A stretch of 64,000 bases of DNA, from NCBI RefSeq assembly GCF_008831285.2, contig NC_045138.2:41664001-41728000 (forward strand). Direction: 5' to 3'. The notes under the pieces were generated by a model. The model ran no database searches. It saw nothing but the letters and a program-made list of their open reading frames with translations, and was not told the origin of the DNA. Within the stretch, counting starts at the first letter, position 1. Each line of letters opens with the position of its first letter. The DNA is from Nymphaea colorata (Eukaryota). A program made the position numbers and the translations under genes. Below, in pieces: positions 55,865 to 64,000 of the stretch.

Positions 55865-56190
55865 CATTGTGACAAATATCGTTCTCGGAAAAATATCGGC
55901 AAGGTTTTTCTAGTGTACTTTTTGGCAAAATTGTATTTCTCCGAAAAATTCAGGAAAAATGTCTGCCAATTTAAAAAATAAAAAATCCTAAAAATTAGAA
56001 TAAAATAAAATAACTGGGAAACTAATAAAGAAGCGAAAAAATCATAATAAAATCGTGAGAAAATCACAAGATGTTCATTTTTGCTGAGATTTTCAAAAAT
56101 CTCGCAGCATTTTCCTGCTATTTTCATTGTACTTGTTTTTCTCATAAATATCGCGAGGTTTTCAAAAATCTCCCAATATTTGTGACAATG
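55865..56190. mobile_element. MITE in COP1 intron 3
   Basis: TIR cattgtgacaaatat / atatttgtgacaatg (1 mismatch). Degenerate 8-bp TSD gtatatac / gtacatag. Confidence 0.72.
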
Positions 56191-57037
56191 GTACATAGTC
56201 ATGTAAACCATTTTGAAGGGTATTATTGTATTTCTCCAGTTAGGGCAACACCCTTATTTACTAACGAGAATCCCTACCATCTCTAAGGTGTTTGTGAAGG
56301 GTATTATTGCATTTCTTCAATTAGTCCATGAACCTTTTTAACCTCAAAATTGAGGGAAGGAAGGTGGAGGGGAACAGGTCTGGCTTCCTTCTCCCAATTT
56401 TAAAGGTGCAAATACACCCTGGTGAGAGTACACCTGGGGAGCATAATCTGAGCAATCAACGACCCACTATAGGATGGTCTTGTTAAGCTTTAACATTGTT
56501 CTGATTTGACTGTGACACATAAGTTCAACCTCCGTAATTCAGTCTAATATACATTGCTTGGATGTGCATATTCTCTTGTTGAGCAGTTGAACACTGGAAA
56601 AGCTTTCAGACCAAAGGACCAATAGGAACTCTAGAGCTTCACTCTTGCTGGTAATACGAGTATAAATATGTCATATTTCATTAATCTTCATTTGTTTATG
56701 GACTTCAGAACTTGAACTATATTGTCAACCTCTTCCACAAGGATCTTCGTATCAGTCTTTTTATTGGAAGCCACTCTCTCAAAAACTTCCAAATGGTTGC
56801 ATTTCTTTTTTCAAAATGCTTATGCTATGTTATGCATGTTTTTTAGTTACTGATTTTCCTCTTCTTTCCTGCAATAATTATGTGATTAGAATTGAATGAT
56901 CTTAACAAGCTTTTAGTTGCACGCTTGTGAGATATGGGTTCATTATAATGTGCAACTTATTCATTCAAGTTGTTTCAAAAGCCTTTATCTAGTTAGGGTT
57001 TAAATTTATTTGTTTTCACGGGATTTTTACCTTGCAG

Positions 57038-57394
57038 GTCCAAACTGATCTTGAATACATTAAAGAAGATATGAATGCAGTCGAACGCCATCGGATGGAG
57101 TTATACCGGGCCAGGGAAAGGTACTCAGTCAAGTTGAGGATGCTTGACGATCCTATGTCTAGAACAAATTGGCCATCTTCAGTAAATAAACATGGAAGTA
57201 TTGCTACATCCAATGCACAAAGTTGTCAAGATGGGTCAGGCTCAGCAAGTTTTCACACCAAGAAAGTTGATCCTAAGCTCCAAGGAATTTCTCAGGTACT
57301 CCAGAAGAGGTCTTCACTTAATGGATCAGACTCCCAAAATGTTGGTGGTCAATCGGGACTTGCAGTTGCCAGGAGACGAAGAGTTAATGCGCAG
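57038..57394 (+). CDS. COP1: COP1 exon 4
   Basis: cag|VQTDLEYIKEDMNAVERHR...ARRRRVNAQ|gt. Contains the first basic cluster of the bipartite NLS. Confidence 0.95.
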
Positions 57395-58205
57395 GTTGGT
57401 TATTAAGACATATTTCACCTTTTGTTACTCTAAAACCAAAGGCATTCCAGTTAGTCGCTTTGGTTGTCCATGTCCACTGGCCACTTGTACTTCTGTGTGA
57501 TGTTTAGGTTTATAATACACGGTTAATGTGGTGTGACTTCCAACTTCAACAGACACTGATATTTATGGTCATTTTGTGACATGTACTTTGAGTGACTATT
57601 CTACAAATTGTTATATAGTGACTACGAATGGAAACATTCTACATGGAGAATTTTGTTCCTGTTTTTCTTTATACTTTATGTCTTTGGTTTCTGAACGATC
57701 AGAAAGTTCATGGATGGTTTCAACAACCAGCTTATTAATGAGTTTTTTATGCAAAAGTTGTTGGGAAAATGGGCCCTGCCTTTCTGTTACTAATTAAAAC
57801 GTTTAGCTTAAGGTACTTTTTATGTCACGCGTATTCCACCAATAGTAATTTTATTCATACTTGTACTACGCTTTCTTAGCCCTAATCTTGTCTTTTCTTG
57901 GCGTTGATCTACAAGCAATAGGAACACTTTAACTTTGCTGAAGTTCTTCTGTGATGTTCTACAACTGGGTTGGAATAATAACTTCAGATGTAATTTTATT
58001 CATATTCATATTAATCTTTCATAGCCTCACTTCTTGTCTCTTTTCTTGGCATTGATCTTACAATCAACAGGACACTTTAACTTTGTCAAGTTTTTCTGTG
58101 ACATTCTGCAATTATATTGTTATTCTCTCTTCAAATTTTCAACTTGAAATTTTATTTAACTTGTTAAGTATTCCTGCTTGTTGCATTTTTTTTCTCTGCA
58201 CACAG

Positions 58206-58363
58206 TTTGATGACTTGCAAGAGTGTTACCTTCAAAAACGACGTAAAATGAGTAATCCAACTATTAAACAAGGAGAGAGGGATTTTAATGCTATAAGTAG
58301 AGAAGGATACCATGCAGGTCTTGAAGATTTCCAGTCTGTACTTACAACCTTTACTCGATACAG
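58206..58363 (+). CDS. COP1: COP1 exon 5
   Basis: cag|FDDLQECYLQKRR...REGYHAGLEDFQSVLTTFTRY|gt, ending in phase 2. Confidence 0.95.
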
Positions 58364-58482
58364 GTGATAATTATCACATCTCAAAATCACTTGAACTGAG
58401 TACCTTAGGGATGCTTTCTGTTGATAGTTTTACTTTTTTGTCCAGATTTGTTGCTACTAATCCTGTTACATACATTTTTTAG

Positions 58483-58548
58483 CCGCTTGCGGGTCCTTGC
58501 AGAGCTTAGGCATGGAGATCTGTTTCATTCTGCAAATATTGTTTCAAG
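58483..58548 (+). CDS. COP1: COP1 exon 6
   Basis: tag|(S)RLRVLAELRHGDLFHSANIVS|gt. Confidence 0.95.
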
Positions 58549-59202
58549 GTAAGATCCTTGATTTACAAATTTTATATCCAAATGGATGTTAGATAAACAC
58601 ATTATTACTATATTAAAGGTTTTACATTATGCAGTATTTTTTGTCTTGAATGTCTCGTTGTCCTTGACAAATATCCACAATATTTTGAGGAAATTGTGTT
58701 TTATGATTTTATCACCAAAAAGAAAGACGGTTTTTGTTGGGCGAGAAAATAAATATCACAACAATATCATGATATATTTTCCGTATTTGTTAAAAAAATA
58801 TATTTTCATTTCTTGTTTGTTTTTTATTTTTAAAACTATTTTGAGTGACTTCAATAATTTACAAAGTTAGTAATAAAATCATTATTTATACATTATATTA
58901 TTCTTTATATACTTTTAAGTTAAAGCTTTTTGAATCCTGAGATTTTGAGAAGGAAAAAAGAAATGGAAAGAAACTTCTGAAGAAAGCCTTTCCATGAAAT
59001 TTCAAAGTGATGTGTGTGAGTGTGATTTAAACGTAGAAAATTAGAAATGATACTGCTTATGGACTATTCTTGGAACTAAAAAAATACTCCTGTAGAAAAA
59101 CAACATCAAACAAAGACAAGTGCAAGTGCAGCTATGCACATTTGGATGTCAGTGAACTTTGTCTCAAACCCTTTAAAGAGGTTGTTATGTGCGTCAGACC
59201 TG

Positions 59203-60742
59203 TGTAAATCAGGTATCAATCACAAAAAATAACAGGCATCCAACCTTAAGAACAGAACTGCACTTCTCACACTCTTGAGTAGAACTGAAATATATGAAAA
59301 GAGAGAAAATCAGATACAAGAATCAGGTCTAAGGCCATAAAAACACATGGGATCATAGACTTCAATTTGAGTGCGTCTTAGAGGTTGATGAATTTTTCTT
59401 ATGTAAGTAATGATATTCCTAGTTGGCATATTTTTACAAGGTATGCATTTTCATCCATCGAAGTATTGTTTTCATTGTATCATCTTCAGACTGCATATCA
59501 TCAAGAAAGGAATCATCATCCATCCAATCATAAATGAAAGCATAATCAACATCATGTTTGGATTCATTTTCTTCCAATTCATTTTCATTTTCAAGAAATT
59601 TAACATTGTATGATACTAAAGGTTTATCTTTTAGGGTCACAACATCTATTTCCTTTTTGAGTACCCAATAAAAGCACATTAAGCCTTAGAAGAAAGCTTA
59701 TCATTTTTGTAATTTATAACAAAACATTTGCAACCAAAATTTTTTAAAGATTATAGTTAAGTTCCAAGATGTAAAGTCTTTGAAAGGAGAAACATTTTCG
59801 AAAGTCTTGGAGGGCATTCTACTTTTCAAAAACATGGATGTGATAGCAGCTTCGGCCTAAAATAAACATGGGAAGGGCCCTTGTGGTTTCAATAATATGC
59901 CAATGCTTTCTTTCAGGAACCGCATTTTATTGAGGGGAGCTGGGACAAGATTTTTAATGTAAAATGTCTTTTTCATATACATTTTTTATTTAAATCATTA
60001 TCAAGATATTCCCCTCTGAATCTCTTCTAAGGATTTTAATACTGGTGTCAAATTTTGATCATATTATAAAGTTTTTAAAGTGATAAAGAACTTAAAAGTA
60101 AATCCAAACATATCCTGAGTAATTATCAACAAATATGGCATAGTAAGACAAACCACCTTTAGACATAATGGGAGCAGGACAGCAAACATCCGAGTTCAGT
60201 AATCAAAAAGGAGATTTTTTAACAAATATTCAATCACCAAAAGGTAAGACTTTTAATTTCTGTTTAATACAACTATAATAGATTTGTTTACATATTTCTT
60301 TCATAAAAGGCATACAATCTTTCCAAAACTTGAATGTCCAAGTCTTTGATGCCAAAATTGTATGTCATCTTTCTTTGTGAATTACAGAAAGCTTTGAATA
60401 GATTCAAATAGTTAACATAATAAAGGTCTTTTCTAGAGTCTTCCTGGAAAGATGATCCTCTATCCAAAATCTGTTTTGGAAGAAACTATCTCAGAACCAT
60501 GATCAGTTATTTTATTTGAGAAACTGATAGAAGATTCAAATTAAGTTTTGGGTGTCTAGTTAACTTTTGGTATTTGAACAATCTTTGAATTAAATTTTTT
60601 ATCAATGTTTCCAGAATACTCAATCGAAAGAAGTGTTCCATCAGCGGTTTCTACGACACAGAAGCTATGTCACATGGGTGCGGGTGCTGGTGTGGGATGC
60701 AGCAAGTTACAAAAAAAACTTGGGTGCGGGTGCGACGAGAGC

Positions 60743-60781
<39 letters not shown>

Positions 60782-61780
60782 TATATATGTTATTTGTCTA
60801 TACTTTAAAACTTTTTTTTATCTAGGTTACCTTAATCTCATACAAAATTCAAAGTTTTATTCAATAAAATAAGGGGGGAGAGAGAGAAGGGAAAAAAAAA
60901 GAGGGAAAGATAGGAGAAGGAAAAAAATGAAAAAGAAATAAAAAAAAAGAAGAACGGGTGCGGTTAGCAGCACCCGATTCGGTTTGACCAAGTCGGGTGC
61001 CGTGTCGGGTCGCACCAGCACTCGCACCCGCATGGGTGCGCGTGCGCCACCATAGTTGTCGCAGCCGTGTGACTTAGGACAAGAGTTTTCAACTAGTGTA
61101 TTTGGAAAGCAAGAAGCCATTTGGGACATACAGAGAGATGCTCCTGAGTCAAGAATTCAAGAGAACTTATCTGATGAAGAGTTACCAAAGTTAAGTATGT
61201 CTTGGATAGGTCAGTATCAATAATCTTTTTTCAGCAGCTTTAGACAACTGGCCTCCTAAACACATGCCATCCAGTAGAAAAATTTGCATAACTAATAGCT
61301 CCAGAAACAGCACTCTGCAGTCTGAGCAGTTTCACCAAACAGCTGTGAGCAACACAGTTACGATCCAACAGGAAGACAGTCTTCAAGATGCAATCACTTT
61401 GAAGAAATCTGGGTAACAAATTAAGGACAAACACAGCGCTCTGATACCATGTAAATCAAGTTCCGATCAGCAAGAATAACAGAGGTTCAGCCTTAAGAAC
61501 AGAACTGCAGTTCTCACACTCTTGAGTAAAACTGAAATGTGTTAAAGAGAGGAAATCTAATACAAAAACCAGGTCTAAGGCCATAACATTACAGGGGATC
61601 AAAGTCCACAATATATGGAAAACAAGAGAGCAGTAAGGGAGACTATAGTGCTTGCACTAGTTCTATCTGCTAGAAATCTAGTCTTTGGAACTAACCAATG
61701 GCTAGTCCTAACAAACAAAAAACAGAATAAAAAAGTACAGAAATAAAATAAATAAGATACACAAAACTCAAAACCTAAAT

Positions 61781-61817
<37 letters not shown>

Positions 61818-61901
61818 ACTCCAAGGATATATATAAAAGACTGACATATATTTATAGACTTAATCTATGATATGATACATATATACATATATAGTCTAAC
61901 A
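59203..61901 (-). mobile_element. Old, internally deleted copia element G in COP1 intron 6
   Basis: Diverged direct repeats starting at 59203 and 61450, PBS (reverse complement gcgctctgatacca) ending at 61449, and candidate TSD acctg/atctg. Integrase remnants ERKHWHIIET and MPSKTFENVSP. Confidence 0.7.
60665..61077. mobile_element. hAT-type MITE (CTATGTCACA family) nested in element G
   Basis: TIR ctatgtcacatgg / ccgtgtgacttag. Same GGGTGCGG subterminal motifs as the 46825 copy; TSD unclear. Confidence 0.7.
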
Positions 61902-62045
61902 ATCTGCACCTGCTTCTGTTGCATCTGCACTTTTGATTCTCTTATTATTAGCTTCAACTGCTTATGGGTTTTTTATCATTAAATCATATTTTACATTGTC
62001 TACTAGACTTGTGCCTGACTTTTCTTGGTATCAATTTAATTGCAG

Positions 62046-62124
62046 CATTGAATTTGATAGAGATGATGAGTTCTTTGCTACTGCTGGAGTTTCTAGACGT
62101 ATCAAAGTTTTTGAGTTTTCGACT
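62046..62124 (+). CDS. COP1: COP1 exon 7 (WD40)
   Basis: cag|(S)IEFDRDDEFFATAGVSRRIKVFEFST|gtgagt. Confidence 0.95.
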
Positions 62125-62208
62125 GTGAGTATAAGAACTCATTGATCAGTATTTTTTGTAAAGAAATTACTCATTCTAAATGTTTAGTGGATATTGGTTA
62201 TTTTCTAG

Positions 62209-62364
62209 GTTGTAAATGAGCCTTCTGATGTCCACTGTCCTGTGGTGGAGATGTCCACCAGATTCAAGCTTAGTTGTCTGAGTTGGAACAAATACATTAA
62301 AAACCAGATTGCAAGTAGTGACTATGATGGCATTGTAACTGTCTGGGATGTAAATACCCGCCAG
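62209..62364 (+). CDS. COP1: COP1 exon 8 (WD40)
   Basis: tag|VVNEPSDVHCPVVEMSTRFKLSCLSWNKYIKNQIASSDYDGIVTVWDVNTRQ|gt. Confidence 0.95.
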
Positions 62365-62474
62365 GTAATCAGAGAATGCTCTCTTGTCGAATATACAGGA
62401 AGAAAGAGTTATAGAATGCCTTTATTCCTTAACTGTTGGTAATCAATTGTCAAGATGATCTTGTGTGCTTTTAG

Positions 62475-62573
62475 AGCATCATGGAATATGAGGAGCATGA
62501 GAAGAGAGCATGGAGTGTTGATTTTTCACGGACGGAGCCCTCAATGCTTGTATCTGGTAGTGATGACTGTAAG
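62475..62573 (+). CDS. COP1: COP1 exon 9 (WD40)
   Basis: tag|[33 protein letters not shown]|gt. Confidence 0.95.
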
Positions 62574-62967
62574 GTACAAAAAATTTCAGGTTCATGATTC
62601 TCAATTGTGTTATAATAATATTGACAGTATGTAAAAACATATTTATATGTACCTGGTAGATGGTGGAAGCTATAATCTAGTGCCGGAGATGGGTAAGATG
62701 GATTTTACAAAGAGTGTTGTAGTGAAGATACTGAAGTCCCACCCTAAACCGTTGCACTTACTAAAGCTTAATTTTCATATGGCTTTTTTTTTTCTTTGTA
62801 AGTTGTGGGTGGTAGCGTCTCACCCTGGGTTTACTTCTGATGGGCCACATATGCCAAGTGGCTTCACCGTGGGATGGTTTTATTATCCCTTTCAAGAAAT
62901 GTATCCTGTGCATTCCTAGTGCTTTTGCTCTTCTATTTTTTGTGATTCCAAGTATTTGGTGGTACAG

Positions 62968-63072
62968 GTTAAGGTCTGGTGCACCAAGCAAGAAGCAAGT
63001 GTGCTGAACATTGATATGAAAGCGAACATATGCTGTGTCAAATATAATCCAGGATCAAGCAGATATATAGCA
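62968..63072 (+). CDS. COP1: COP1 exon 10 (WD40)
   Basis: cag|VKVWCTKQEASVLNIDMKANICCVKYNPGSSRYIA|gt. Confidence 0.95.
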
Positions 63073-63155
63073 GTAATGTGTTTTTCCCTTTCTGACCACT
63101 TTTCTTTCATTTTTTTATGTCACTGCATGACATTTGATTTCTCATTCTGGTACAG

Positions 63156-63335
63156 GTTGGTTCTGCTGACCATCACATTCATTATTATGACTTGAGAAAT
63201 ATTAGTGCTCCATTACATGTTTTCAGTGGACACAGAAAGGCAGTTTCATATGTGAAGTTTTTATCCAATGATGAGCTGGCATCAGCATCAACAGACAGCA
63301 CACTGCGATTGTGGGATGTGAAGGAAAACTTTCTT
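63156..63335 (+). CDS. COP1: COP1 exon 11 (WD40); remaining exons lie beyond the window
   Basis: cag|[60 protein letters not shown]|gt. Confidence 0.95.
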
Positions 63336-63772
63336 GTATGTTTTATTGCTTTCCTCTGTCTAACTTGAATTGCTTGTATGTTTAATTGCTTTCTTGTGCC
63401 CAAGTTGAATTTGTTTCATGTATTATGTTAACTGCTCGTCAACCCCTCCTTGTAGCATGAGGCTCACTTTTCAAACACAACTTGTGTCCTGTTCACACAA
63501 TGACAATGTAGTTTAAGCTTCATGCTGAAGCTACAAGTCATATATGGTGCGGATGCATGGCTTGCAGGGGCATTTTGGTGATTTAACTATTTTCTCTGTG
63601 TAGTTGTTCTTAATGTGAGGGTATTACTGGAGTTCTTAATTTTATAACATGAAATATACTTGATAAGTGATTGCTTATGATTCAAAAACACTATTTGCTG
63701 CCTAGGCCGTGAGTGGCACATACAGCCTTGGTGGAATTAGCAATCCCCTCCTCTCCCTTCTCAACCCCAATA

Positions 63773-64000
63773 CTATGTCACACGGACGCGGCTAAAGAGG
63801 CCGCGTACCCGTGTCGACTCGCCGACACGGGACTCGGCTAGGACATGGCAAAAAATAAAAAATAAAAATTTAATTTTTTTTTTCATTTTATCAATTTTTT
63901 GTGATGCATCCAATTATTTCCATGAACAATCCTTTCAAATATTCAGTACTTTTGTGATAAAACACATTTTCTCACAAGATTGTAAGAGTGAACTATTAAT
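63773..64000. mobile_element. Left end of another CTATGTCACA-family MITE, cut by the window edge
   Basis: Starts ctatgtcacacggacgcgg. Confidence 0.55.

Overview
Eukaryotic (flowering-plant) genomic DNA with two host genes head-to-head, separated by about 15 kb of transposon debris. Left, minus strand: the 5' end of a U11/U12 snRNP 65-kDa (RNPC3-like) gene. Right, plus strand: COP1 (RING + coiled-coil + WD40 E3 ligase). I reconstructed 11 GT-AG coding exons of COP1 (17931-63335; 1800 nt, 600 codons, no stops); the last exons lie beyond the window. COP1 intron 1 is 27.4 kb and intron 2 is 9.8 kb. Intron 1 holds a 23-kb nest of Ty1/copia elements (A contains B and E; B contains C, D and a 107-bp solo LTR), resolved from LTRs, PBS/PPT and target-site duplications (TSDs). 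Two nested elements have near-identical LTRs and a single internal 1-nt frameshift each. The nest also shows a recent internal deletion and templated filler DNA. The intergenic spacer has a decayed Ty3/gypsy pol, a 5'-truncated L1 LINE, a decayed hAT transposase and a hAT MITE. I found no convincing novel gene system. The most notable features are the nest architecture and two substitutions beside COP1's peptide-binding pocket. All alignments were done by eye.
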